In this document: piece after piece, positions 23,236-35,953 of the stretch | Position numbering within the stretch: position 1 is the first letter of the stretch | How the letters are laid out: the number at the start of each line of letters is the position of its first letter | NCBI RefSeq assembly: GCF_011386835.1 | Contig: NC_088799.1 | Coordinates: forward strand, 51,460,001 to 51,524,000 | DNA: 64,000 bases | Source: Chrysemys picta bellii | Lineage: Eukaryota | Direction of reading: 5' to 3' | Translations under genes and position numbers: made by a program | Notes under the pieces: generated by a model | Told to the model about the DNA's origin: nothing | The model's input: only the letters and a program-made list of their open reading frames with translations | Database searches by the model: none

Positions 23236-25197
23236 ACAGCAACCCAAGCTTTGGACTCTTGAGCTATGGTATCCCCTTGAGTAGGCACTGCCAGATTTGA
23301 ACCAGGAACATAGCAGAGAAACATTTTGTATAGCTAGTGAATGCTACATTTAATCCAGTTGCTAACCCACTATTCAAACTGAATGGAAAAGCAAACTACA
23401 CCATTTGTTTGTTAGCAATATGTCCACTGCCAGTATGTGAGTCCAAAACTTTCATTTTAATTGAAAGCGTCATGTCCTAAAACAAATTATTTTAAACTTA
23501 GCACGAAATAATCCTTCCTGTTTGAACTTTCAGAACTCTTCTGATGAGGATAATGAGTGTAAATTTTGTTTCATTAAAATAAACTCCAGATGAAATAGCT
23601 CTGTCTGCTCCATTTCTTTCCCCTTCCCTCTCCTCTCCTCGCCTCTCCTCTCTCCTCCCCTCACACACACACAAATATTTTTTCTCCATTATGTTCTTAA
23701 CTTCTGTTGTAAACAATTATTTACAGAGGAACGATATGTACATTACAATGATTATCATTATCTTTAAATAAATGTTATCTTTGGCTGGTGTAAACTGGCA
23801 GAGCTCCATTGACTCCAATGGAACTACAGCTGAAGATCTCTCGTGATATATCCAACTGCGTGATCTAGAAAGATAGAAAACTGCCTCCAAGGCCAGAGGT
23901 GCTGGGCCAATGACACATATTCTGAAGATGCATGTGCTGCATATTTCATAGTGATTGCAAGCTCCATTTTGTCTGATTGCATATGTGTGTCATAAAGAGG
24001 GGGAGGGGTCCTACATGTTGTGTAGACTTGATAGAACAGCTTTGTGTCAAATGAATAGGTAGTTTTATTACATACATTGCCTTGCTCCAAGCTTCAGAGG
24101 AGAGAAATCCTATAATCCCGCCCTGATTTAATACTGGATTAATGTGGATTTGTTAATAAAATGCTAGTGAAATCGAGAATAATTTGTAATTAGCTCAAAC
24201 TTCTACTCCCCACATCATTTGGAATATTTTGAATAGGAATGAGGAATGGGTTTAGGTGCTAGATACACACTGTGAGAGCCTTGGCAAAAAAGGCTAAACC
24301 ATAGCAATATATTTAGATGAGTTCACTGCGAAAGAAACTCCATTGAGATGGCAACAGAGCCCTGCCCGCAACTTAACTTCCAGGATTTTGAGAACTGCAT
24401 TTCTCTATTAGCAGAATATGATTAAAAATTAATGTCACTATTTTTGCAAAAGCCATATTCAACCAGGCAAGACTTATAACAGGCAAATATAATGTGAACA
24501 ATATGAAAACTACTTATCAACCACCGTCGGTTTAGAATTAGAGCATTAATGTTGAGCAGTTCTACCTGCATTAAAAGATCATGTACTGTATGCATGGATT
24601 TTAGACAAGATACTTTTCTGTTCTAAAGTCTTTATAGGCACAGAGAAATACAGGATTTACCCTACCAGATCAGAATAGTGGACCATCCATCTCAATAGCC
24701 TGTCTCCGGCAGCTGGGGTGGGGGGGGGGATCTCCATAATGCACAGAGAATTGTGCAGCCCTGGGCAATTCTTATCTACAAGACATGAGTGGGAGGAAAG
24801 GTAACTAAACAAGCACCAAGTGTGTAATGGGCCCATCGAGATGCGCGCTGCATGTGTAACCATGTGGTCATATTATTGTCACCTCTGTCAAGGATCCTCA
24901 TGGACAGCCTGATCCAAAGCCCACTGAAGACAATAGAAAGATTCCCATTGACTTCAGTGGGCTTTGGCTCAGGGCCATGGTGACATGTTTTGACTGGATG
25001 ATCTTCAGGGCAGAGCAGCTCCCATGTCCCCAGGGAGTGCCTAACCACTAGGCTATTGGCTAGTCTTCTTGGAGCTGTTCCACTTTGTATACATAATTGA
25101 ATATTCAGTGAGCAAGAGAGACTGACTGTATAGGCCAGTTGTAAGGTCACTCATCTGGGATGTGGGAGACACAGATTCAAACACTTGCTGTGACTGA

Positions 25198-25349
25198 GAC
25201 CTTGTCTACACTACAGGGGAAATTCGATCTAAGCTATGCAATTTGAGTTACAGGAATTGACGGAAGAGCGTTCTGTGGTCAATTTAGTGGGTCTTCACTA
25301 GATGCATCGATTGCCTCTCATCGATCCCCTGGTCAGTGTAGACAAACCC
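25198..25349. mobile_element. PIF/Harbinger MITE, 152 bp
   Basis: TIRs GACCTTGTCTACACT / AGTGTAGACAAACCC; 3-bp flanks TGA / TCA. Confidence 0.75.
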
Positions 25350-26283
25350 TCAGAGTAGGGTCTTCAACATCGATTGCCCACACATGATGTGGGGTCCCTA
25401 GCAACTGGTTTCTGGGTTGGGTCTTTCCTGTTCTCTGAGACCTGAAAAATGTCAATCAAAACTGACACATTGATGAAAAACCATTTGGTTGAAAGATTCC
25501 TGATCAGCCATACTCAAAACATAATGACAGCAACCACCACAACAACTAACAAATCCTTCTTGAACGCTGTGGTTATCAGATTACTTCCAGAATCAGGTAT
25601 CTTGGCATTCAGAATTACATATGTTATGCTTTGCCACAAAATTGGCAAGGTTTTTTTTTCAAAATCCAGCAACTGCGTTTGGCTCCAACACTGCTTTTGC
25701 CATTGAATTCTGAAGGCTATTACTTATTATTATATTATTAATTAATAATAATTAATAATAATGTAATATTTTTTGTTATTGCAGTAGCAACTACATGCCC
25801 CATTTCTAGACCACGACCCCATTATGCTACTTCATTTATTTGTTCTGAACGTAAGTACCATTAGTTTCACTGGGTGACTTCTTTTTCACTGTGCTTTTAT
25901 AGGAAAAGAGTACATTTTGAGCATGCTTCTGATAGTTTAAGAATACATTTAAGTTTTTTTTTTAACCTTCAGCATTCCCTGTATGTGACTTTCATATCCA
26001 GTTTGCTGGATTGTGTTAGCTGACAGCAGCTTTTCGGTAATGGGGTTTTCTGTCTATACTCACTTAGCTGTGTTTCCAGCAATGAGAATGGCTGTAGAAT
26101 AGAAAAATGTGAAGGGTGTTATCCGAGAAGGCATCAAGCCAGAATTTCAAATGGGAAGCCACTAAAAGGTTTGTGAGGTGTTAAGAGTTGAGGCTCTGGA
26201 ATCAAACTTGTCCCTGCAGTTTTGGTTGAGGGTCAGATGCAAACCCTCAGAAGGAGAGGGAGAACCCATCCTGCATACAGTCA

Positions 26284-26568
26284 GGCTAGGTCTACACTAC
26301 CCGCCTGAATCGGCGGGTAGAAATCGACCTCTCGGGGATCGATTTATCGCGTCCCGTCGGGACGCGACAATCGATCCCCGAATCGGCGCTCTTACTCCAC
26401 CAGCGGAGGTGGGAGTAAGCGCCGCCGACAGAAAGCCGCAGAAGTCGATTTTGCCGCCGTCCTCACAGCGGGGTAAGTCGGCTGCGATACGTCGAATTCA
26501 GCTACGCTATTCATGTAGCTGAATTCGCGTATCTTAAATCGACTCCCCCCTGTAGTGTAGATGTACCC
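26284..26568. mobile_element. Young CpG-rich PIF/Harbinger MITE, 285 bp
   Basis: TIRs GGCTAGGTCTACACTAC / GTAGTGTAGATGTACCC; 3-bp TSD TCA/TCA; many CpGs retained. Confidence 0.92.
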
Positions 26569-26769
26569 TCAGACCCTAACGCCTGATTCCTGAGTAACAC
26601 CTCACTTTCTGGAGAAAGGGTACATGTAGCTCCCCCTTCTTTCTGCAGAGGGGTCAGACTCTGTGTGGGGGTCGCCAGGAGGAGGAGTTTCCTCTCTTTT
26701 CACCCTGCTCCCAAATTTCTAGGGCTGTTTCCAGACCATTTTCTCAGCATGGTCCCTCACCTTGCAAAC

Positions 26770-28938
26770 AGTCATATCTTTCAGTGTGTAGGAGAGAAAG
26801 GAAGTATGGCAAGAGATCTCCCTGGCTTATCCAGGAGATCTTCAACATAGGTGCTGGAACTAGGGGTGCTGAGGGTGTGGCAATACCCCCTGGCTCAAAA
26901 TGGATTCCATTATATACAGGATTTACAGTTTGGTTCAATGGCTCTCAGCACCCCCATTATAAAAATTGTTCCAGCGCCCCTGATCTTCAATTACCTGAAA
27001 TTCAAAAAAGAGTAAAAAAAAAAGTAAAACTCAATCAAATTACAAAGGCTGAATTAAAAAAAAACACCAGACCCCCTTCCCCATAACACACGCATGTAGG
27101 GACAAAATTAGAAAGGCCAAGGCACAAAATGAGATTAAATCAGCTAGGGTCATGAAGGGCAACAAGAAAGCTTTTTACAAATACATTAGAAGCAAGAGGA
27201 AGACCTAGGACAGGGTGGCCCATTACTCGATGAGGAGGAAACGACAACAACAGAAAACGCAGCAATGGCCTAAGTGTTAAAGTTTCAGTTTCAGTTTTCA
27301 TCAAAAAAGTTAGCAGTGATCGGACAACTAACACAGTGAAAATCAGTGTAAATGTGGTAGGATCTGAGGCTAAAATAGGGAAAGAACACGTTATGAATTA
27401 CTTTGACAAGTTAGGGACACATTCTAGAATACTTCAGGAGGTGGCTGAAGCCATTAGCAATTATCTTTCAGAACTCATGGAGGATGAGAGAGAGCCCAGA
27501 GGACTGGAAAAGGGCAAATATAGCACCTATTTATAAAAAGGGGAAAAAGGACAAACAGAGAATTATAGACCAGTCAGTTTAACTTTGGTATTCGGAAAGA
27601 TAATGGAGCAAATAATCAAGCAATCACTTTGTAAGCACCTAGAAGATAATAAGGTGATAAGTAATAGTCAACATGGATTTGTCAAGAACAAATCATGTCA
27701 AACCAACCTAATATCCTTCTTTGACAGGGTGACAAGCCTCGTGGATAGGGGGAAGCAGTAGATTTGATATATCTTGACCTTAGTAAGGCTTTTGATACTA
27801 TCTCACATGACCTTCTCATAAAGAAACTAGAGAAATATAGCTTAGACAAACCTACCATAAGGAGGGTGCACAACTGGTTGGAAAAGTGCACTCAGCATAG
27901 TTATCAATGGTTCACAATCAAGCTGAAAGGACATATTGAGTGGGGCCCCACAGGGATCAGGCCTAGGTCTGGTTCTATTCAATATCGTCATATGTGATTT
28001 GGATAATGGCACAGAGAATACACTTATAAAGTTTGCAGATGATACCAAGCTGGGAGGGGTTGCAAGTGCTTTGGAGGATAGGATTAGAATTCAAATTGAT
28101 CTTGACAAACTGGAGAAATGAACTGAAATAAATAGGATGAAATTCAATAAGGACAAATGCAAAATACTCCACTTCAGAAGGAATAATCAATACAAAATGG
28201 GAAATGTCTGCCTAAGCAGGAGTACTGCAGAAAAGGATCTGGAGGTTACAGTGGATCACAAACTAAATGTGGACAACAATGTCACATAGCTGCAAAAAAA
28301 AAAACCCCCAAAAGACAAAAAAGCAAAACCCATTCTGGGATGTTTTAACAGGAGTGTTGTAAGCAAGACACGAGAAGTAATTCTTCCGCTCTACTTCGCA
28401 CTGAGAAAGCCTAAGCTGGAGTACAGTGTCCAGGTCTGGGCGCCAGACTTTGGGGGGAAAATGGACAAATTGAAGTAAGTCCAGAGAAGAGCAACAAAAA
28501 CGATTAAAGGTCTAGAAAACATGACCTATGAGGGAAGATTGAAAAAAATGGATCTGTTTAATCTGGAAAAGAGAAGACTGAGGGGGGAGATGATAATTTT
28601 CAAGTACATAAAATGTTGTTACAAGGAGGAGTTATAAAAATTGTTCTCGTGAATCGTTGAGGACAGGACAAGAAGCAATGGGCTTAAATTGCAACAAGAG
28701 AGGTTTAGGTTGGACATTTGGAAAAAAATTCGTAACTGCAAGGGTAGTTAAGTACTGAAACAAATTACCTAGGGAAGTTATGGAATATCCATCATCGGAG
28801 GTTTTTAAGAACAGGTTAGCCACACACCTGTCAGGGATGGTCTAGATAATACTTAGTCCTTTCTCAAAGCAGGGGACTGGACTAGATGACCTATCAAGGT
28901 GTCTTCCAGTCCTATATTTCTGTGATTCTGTGATTCTA
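26770..28938 (+). mobile_element. 5'-truncated, decayed CR1 LINE (ORF2 RT region to 3' tail)
   Basis: ORF fragments IYLDLSKAFD (27764), GAPQGS..LVLFNI and KFADDTKLGG (27936); multiple stops and frameshifts; (ATTCTGTG)n tail at ~28917-28938. Confidence 0.95.
26846..26982. mobile_element. hAT MITE, 137 bp, inserted in CR1
   Basis: Perfect 8-bp TSD ATCTTCAA (26838-26845 / 26983-26990); TIRs CATAGGTGCTGGAAC / GTTCCAGCGCCCCTG. Confidence 0.92.
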
Positions 28939-31080
28939 TATTGGCTGCCATTAGTTCTAAAAAAGCCAAGAAAACCATCACTGATTCACTGCCATCTTCC
29001 ATCAAGTGGTGTGGAGGAGGCACAAAAGGGCAGACCATACGTTGCTTTCTCCTAAAATTGCAACAAGTTTGAATTGCCCCCAAAGGAAAACAAAGACAAG
29101 AAATATTCTCCAAGAGGTCAAGCCTTCAAAGTCCTGAGCACCTCCTGTTAGGTGTTGAGTACCCCTAACTACTACTTTCATTGAGTAGTAACAACTCTCT
29201 CATCACCAGCACATCATATCCATCCCAAGAAAGCAACTGATGGTGGGGGCGACATAAAAACCTTACTTGACACCTCCAGCTGACACTGACTAGTCAAATC
29301 CACACAGGGAAAAGGTGCCTTTTAGTTTTATATGGCAAAACAGATTTCTGTGAATAAATCTCGATTTGACAGGAAGCCAGACAAATCCAGCCATCCTGAG
29401 TGATGTGTCTCTACAACATTCTAAACAGAGAAAATCCCCGCAAGCCTGACAAATGCAACTGGTGTCACAGGTCTCAATCTTTAGCATAACTATTGCTATC
29501 GCTCGTTTCACTCTGTCTTTGTCCACTTCACTTGAAGGTGTTGTCATTCCCTGCCCTTGACCGCTGAGCTGTGCCCCCTACCAGGCTCAGTAATTGACCC
29601 ACAATACATTCCCATGCTGGACTCTCGTGTAACAGGGGGCTTCAGTCTATTAAAAAACTCAAGGCAGGACTGATGTCCCTGCATGTGGCCTCTCTCAGGG
29701 GCAGATGTCTGCTGAATGACACAGCAGAGGACAAAAATAATAAAGATTTTTAATACCCACTATAGCCTAGGCCTTTTTTGTTTTTTAAAAATAGAATTCG
29801 ATTCACAATTAGGACCAAATATTCAGAAGAACTCAACTGCCAATGAGGCACCAAAATTAGTGAATAGATTTTCTAAAGATTTCAGCAATTTTTTTTTAAA
29901 TAGGGTCCCAATGTGGTCACTGAGCATTTGAAAACCTGGCCTTGAATTCTTTCAAAAATCTGGCCCTATATGAACCTCATGCCTGAAGCATATGTGATAT
30001 AAAAAAAAACATTGCCTTCTACATCTCTTCCAAGCAACTGGCATTCTATCTCTTACCTGTCAAAGTATTATTGATGTGAGAGTAGCGATAATTGGATACA
30101 TCATGTATAATTGCACTCTGTGTGTGTGCACGCCACTATTCTGCATTCATTCAAGGGACCACACAGGAACATCCCTTTCTGTTCTTGATCTTGAAGGCTT
30201 TTCTGGTTACCATGACATACTGTAATTAGGAGAAAACAGTAGCACTATATGGATCATAATCTCCTTATTCCAGCAAACCTTTACCAGCAACAGCTCTTTA
30301 GCACGCAACATGCAAACGTGCTCTAGCACCACCTACCCTATTCCCAAGGGAACTGACATCACCACAGATTTCCCCTCTGTGAAATACACTCCTACTTGTG
30401 GGGTCCCTCCCTGACACTGTTACTGGATTGACCCAACAATATTCCCTCTGGTTTGAAAGAGTTTGTAAACAAATAAGTGCTCCCTTTATTATAGGAGTTG
30501 TGGCAGGGCAAGTTTCAACATTTAAAAAAAAGATTTTAGCAGATTAGTTTTAGTAGCAATAATAGGGCCTCAACCTGCAAACACACATGTTTAATTTTCA
30601 CCTGTGGGTAGTGCCAGAGAGTGCTTACCATTGGAATAAAATACCTGAAGAATCTTGAAGAACAATATTTTTTGGTCTTGGGGACACCTTATTCACAACC
30701 AGTGTACATACTTAAAAAAACCCTATTTTTTGTCATTGTTAATGTCGTCATATGCAACAAATCTCCCATAACTAGACATCCAGTAGATGCAACACTTTTA
30801 ATTTGCTAAGATGATCCATGATGGTTGCAATCCATTTACTTTGCCAGAGAGAGAGACTGAAAAATAATGGATGTGGGGTTGGTAGCATATAATTTAGTAG
30901 ACTTAGTATGGATGTATGGTAATAAAGAGGGCAAAAGGGGGAATTTTCATAGCTAGCTAGCTAGACAAACAGGATCAGGGTCTAAAAATTATATTTTTAG
31001 TAAGACATGGCAAAGCATTGTTATACAAACAACACAGCAACTGCAGTGTCACCAGCATTTTTACAGGATGGCACGTTAGC

Positions 31081-31081
<1 letters not shown>

Positions 31082-31121
<40 letters not shown>
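31082..31121. repeat. (AC)n microsatellite, ~20 units
   Basis: Direct reading. Confidence 0.98.
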
Positions 31122-31123
<2 letters not shown>

Positions 31124-34100
31124 CATAGGTGTGCTGGCGGCAAATGATTTTGTGTGATCTACAGGTAAGATACTCCCAGGAAAAGCTATTATGCTACAGT
31201 GATGCGCACATGGAAAAACCCGAGAGACGTTGATATAACAACAAAACACAACAGCAACATCCCTCCTCCTCCTGATACAGGGTGCGTGTCGGCCACATAG
31301 GAATAGCAGCAACAGCACCATGTGCATGTGAGCTTGCTGAATGATAGCAAACAATATCATTGTGTGAGGCCTACGGTTTATTGTAACCTCCCTGCAAGGG
31401 GCAAGGACATCAGAGAGCACAGCTGTGCCATTTGGGTTGCAGGGTGTATCTGCAGCTGCAAATAGCTGTAACTGAAGGAAGAAAATATGTGCAGCCCTCA
31501 GACATTTCCAACTACAGTTCACACATGATGCCATGCTCCATCTTCCACTGCTCCCCCTCAGGTGGATATGGCTGTGATTGCAGTGGGGAAAAGAGACCAT
31601 ATCCCCCATCTTCGAGGCAGGGAGAATGACAGGGCCTGTGGAGGGGCAGGAGAGGAAAAACCACCAGAGAAGATTGCAGCAGTGGCTGGCAGTGCTTAGA
31701 CTCCTCTCTTCCCCTCCCTGACCGGACCTGCGGAGCAGCTCGCCAGCTGTTGAGCAGAGTGGAGTTGTTGCTAACTCAGATGCATCTCTGCAGCAGCCCC
31801 TCAGCAGGGGAAGCGCCAGAAAAAGAGGCTGCACCAAGGAGACCTCCCCAGGAATCTGCAGCAAGCTCTTGGATACTGCGGTATTAGCAGGTAGTGAATT
31901 TGTCCCTCTGACCTGTCAGCGAGCCAGGTTTCCAGAACTAAGAAAAACACCACTGTGCACCTGTGTTTGTCCACAGCCAACCTGGGTGCCCAAGTACCCA
32001 ATGTATGGACTCAGATCAGGTGTGTACATGGGCATACAGCTAGCTAGGTGTCCAGTTCAAATCAGGTCAGTATTCAGAAATGGTACTGGGGGACATGGGA
32101 TCAAGAACCAGTCGGGGAATGTATATGTGTTAGGGAATGGGAGCCCCTGAGTTTTGGAAAGGCTGGGGGAGGGTGAGAAACATCCCTCCCTATGCAGAAT
32201 TCACATGCACACTCTCACTGGCATGGCACCCACAAATGACGAGTCTGGGGAGTCTGCCTCATGCTCTGCTAATGAACACCACAGTCTCCTATTCAGCTGC
32301 CCCAGCAGGCCAGGTGTCACCTCCATTCCTCCCCCAGCCACATCATCACCACCAGTTATACCCTCCTAGTCGTGGAGGGGTGTCCTCACAAATAGGTCCC
32401 CCTGGCAAGTGAAGGCATCTTCTCCACATGCTGCCATGGAAGAAGCCAAGGAGATGAGGAAGAGGAAGAGAGCCCTTTCCACCCAGGTCTCTTTTGTGGT
32501 CTCTCCCTAGCAGTTAACACAAGCACACTCTTTATTTCTGTACTCCCATTCTTTCTTCACTTCGGCATGGAACACATTTGCAGTTTCCTGCACTAACCCT
32601 TTTCTTCCATCTGCTGCTATTCTCTGGCATTCACCCTGGGTGAACTCTCCAGCACTAACCTGTCATCCAGGAGAACAGCCTTTCAACAGGAGAAGGGGGA
32701 GAAAACAGTTTTCAGTTGGCGCTTGCTAAATGCATGGAATAGGATTATATGATGGGGTTGCCTGTGATGGCAGGAGATCGGACTCAGTGACCCAGGAATT
32801 CCCTTCCTGTCCCATGTCCCATTTAAGGTGGCCACTGGGAATAGTATGGGCTTGCCCCCACCTGCATTACCCCCCCTCCACCAATGTGACCTCACACACA
32901 CCACGCCAGAGGTGGTGGAGCAGCGTGCTCTTCAAAATGGCATCCTTTGTGCATGATACTGTACAAAACTATGTCTGGTTTTAAATCAGTACCAGACAGG
33001 CATGCCTGAACCAGTGTGTACAGCACATGTATGTGCGTGCTTACATCACCCTTCTAAAAATTCCTTTTTGCCATTTACGGGCCTCATCAATTGTTTCTCT
33101 CTTTACAAGGGGACATAAGCTGCACTGAAAATCCCTACCCTGACTTTTAGCTTTCTTGGAATGCAGGTTGATTGTAATTTCATTAGGCAGGACATTCAAG
33201 TTCTCCAAGAACATACCTAAGCTGTCCTCTTCCTATAGAAGGAATATTTTGAGATCTTTTTGGCTTTGAGGAGATTTGCGCACACACACACAAGGTCATA
33301 GAAGACACAAGAGGATATTTGTGCATTCACTATACCACAGAAATTTAATTTCTCAAGTTCCACCCCCCTCCTTTTCTTTTCCATAAGTTCTTCATGAGAG
33401 AAATTATTCTCCGAACAATTGTTTATTGGTACGGACAGGGCATGTTCAGCCAGCTCCTTGCTACGGAGCTGCACTTTGGTGCCCTCACTGCTGCCATCAT
33501 CTCTTTAAATGGGATGGACCTTTTAGACCAGGAAATGAAAAGCACTGGGGTTGTGAGGTCTCAGACACAAACCACACTACCAAGGGTTTGCAGACCCTTC
33601 TCCTTTGGTTACCTTGAAAATACAAAATTGCCACCCAGCTGGAACTTCAACCTAATTATTAACCTCAGCATCTGGACACTTGAGTATCATATTTGGTTCC
33701 TCTTTATAGTACTTTGATCAATATGATTATAAGGCTCACTTAACTTGCCCATCACATTCTCCTGGGAATTATCCTCAGCAGGTCCATGTTCCTGGTCAGA
33801 GATGATTTCCAGATCACAAGGAACGTTTCATCTCTGTCTGGTGACTAAAAGTAGTAGTTGATAGCCTTTTGGCTCTTCAGAAGTGGGCTGATGACTGGAA
33901 GACAGGACAGTCTCCAGATCAGATTGTGACAAAATAGGCTACAAAGTCAAAGGATGCATTCAGGACTTTAACTCTTTGATGACATATGAAACTCATTGAG
34001 ACTTTTAGACCTTCAATATCAGCAGAGATGAAAACACTGCATGAATTCTTAACCTTATTGCACAATTGATGACAAATGTAGTTAGTCTGCAGAAGTTTGG

Positions 34101-34607
34101 GTCAAGTGGCTTCCAGAATGGTGAAGAAAGAAGGGTGATTTCTGTAGTTCAAAGACTGACTCTTAGCAGCATCTCAAATATTTATTTTCCAATTTTGCTT
34201 GGATCTTTGCAGATACTGCACTTTAATTGTCAATACTGTAGAAATCCAGAAGTTCCTTCTCATAAGCCATCATCTTTGAAAAGTCTCTGGTAATTAAAGG
34301 AAACAATTATACATGTCCTTTATTTGACAAATCACATTAAAATGAAAATGACTTATGCTCATTAATAGTCCATCATTTCATCAAAGGAAATGTTTATGCA
34401 CCTGCCTTTGTTAACCCGTGTAGAAATTCCCCAAACACTTCAACCAAAACACACTGGTTTAGATAAAACATTAAAACAAATATATTAACTAGAGAAATAT
34501 AGATTTTAAGTGATTATAAGTGGTAAGGCATACAAGTGAGAATGGGTTACAAGAGAAATAAACAGCTAGAGCTGCAATCTAATCCCTAAACTTTACCCAG
34601 CAAAGTT

Positions 34608-35076
34608 CAACAAAAAAACTTCAAAAACAGACTCCAACGAGAAACTGCAGAACTGGAATTAATTTTCAAACTGGACACCATTAAATTAGGCTTGAATAAA
34701 GACTGGGAGTGAATGGGTCATTACACAAAGTAAAAACTATTTCCCCATGCTAATTTTCCCCCTACTGTTACTCACACCTTCTTGCAACTGTTTGAAATGG
34801 GCCATCCTGATTATCACTACAAATGTTTTTTTTCTCCTGCTGATAATTGCCCACCTTAATTGATTAGTCTCGTAGAGTTGGTATGGCAACACCCATTTTT
34901 TCATGTTCTCTGTGTATATATATCTTCCTACTGTATTTTCCACTGCATGCATCTGAAGAAGTGGGTTTTAGCTCACAAAAGCTTATGCACAAATAAATTT
35001 GTTAGTCTCTAAGGTGCCACAAGTACTCCTTGTTCTTTTTGCTGATACAGACTAACACAGTTACCACTCTGAAACC
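34608..35076 (+). mobile_element. Penelope-like element 3' fragment (GIY-YIG C-terminus + pLTR)
   Basis: Translates QQKNFKNRLQRETAELELIFKLDTIKLGLNKDWE*MGHYTK*, matching the PLE at 54180; same 3' pLTR. Confidence 0.9.
34948..34989 (+). ncRNA. Minimal type I hammerhead ribozyme motif, G12A variant
   Basis: TGCAT-CTGAAGA-A-GTGGG(TTTTAG)CTCAC-AAAA-GC-TT-ATGCA; 5-bp stem I; G12 replaced by A. Confidence 0.7.
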
Positions 35077-35106
35077 TGTCAACATATTTCAGTAACAATC
35101 ATATAG

Positions 35107-35260
35107 CAGCAACAAAGAGTCCTGTGGCACCTTATAGACTAACAGATGTATTGGGGCATAAGCTTTCGTGGGTGAATACCCACTTCGTCTATAAGGTGCC
35201 ACAGGACTCTTTGTTGCTGTTTACAGATCCAGACTAACACGGCTACCCCTCTGATACTTG
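35107..35260. mobile_element. Short PLE pLTR insertion with head-to-head inversion
   Basis: Perfect 33-bp inverted repeat 35107-35139 / 35187-35219; probable 9-bp TSD CATATAGCA (35100-35108 / 35265-35273); truncated hammerhead on the - strand. Confidence 0.85.
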
Positions 35261-35292
35261 AAAACATATAGCAAAATCTCTGAATTTGACAT

Positions 35293-35953
35293 TGTAGCGG
35301 GGTGATTACCCCACTCCTGAAATAAGAGGCGTGAGAACAGCTGGGGGAAGCTGACTGAGTAGCTGACCACAGGTGTGGCCAGCTCAATCAGGGCCCAGCT
35401 GGCCCTGATAAGAGGGCTGTGCGCCAGGAGCTGAAGGAGTCTCACTCCAGCCCTGGAGGGAGAAGGGCTAACATGGGAGCAAGTTACCTCAAGCGGAGCA
35501 GTGCTGGGGAAGGGCAAAGGGAGCTGGGGAGCTCCAGCCTGGTAAATCCCCAGGCTGCAGGCCTTGTTTATGGCCTACCAAAGGTACTGGGGCTGCAGAG
35601 GGGCAGCATGGGGATATGCAGAGGCAGCTGGTCCTAATCCCCTTGCCAATGATGAGTGGCCATTACAGACTGCAGTTTGCCCCCGTGAACGGGGCTAGAT
35701 GATGACTGGCATTAGCCACTGAGGCAAAGTGGGTATAGAGGGTTAGGGGTTCCCCGGGAGGGGAGACCCAGAGTGTGGGGACTACCAGAGGGGGCAGAAA
35801 CCCAGAGTAAGGGGCACTGGGGTCCGGGAGGGACACGAGACCCAAGGCAGGCGAAACACCGGGCAGAAGGAGGTGCTGCGCAGCTGGACAAGAGCTAATT
35901 CCCAGGAGGACCAGTGGGAGGCGCCATGGCAGTGAGTCGTCGACCTTGCTACA
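35293..35953 (+). mobile_element. Solo LTR, 661 bp
   Basis: TGTAGC...GCTACA inverted termini; perfect 5-bp TSD GACAT (35288-35292 / 35954-35958). Confidence 0.92.

Noticed and set aside
25015-25182. Possible tRNA genes (also ~55835-55945 and ~62150-62208)
   Set aside because: Only degenerate A/B boxes; no complete cloverleaf, so treated as SINE-derived heads.
26178-26522. 114-aa ORF
   Set aside because: Mostly within the Harbinger MITE; no transposase motifs.
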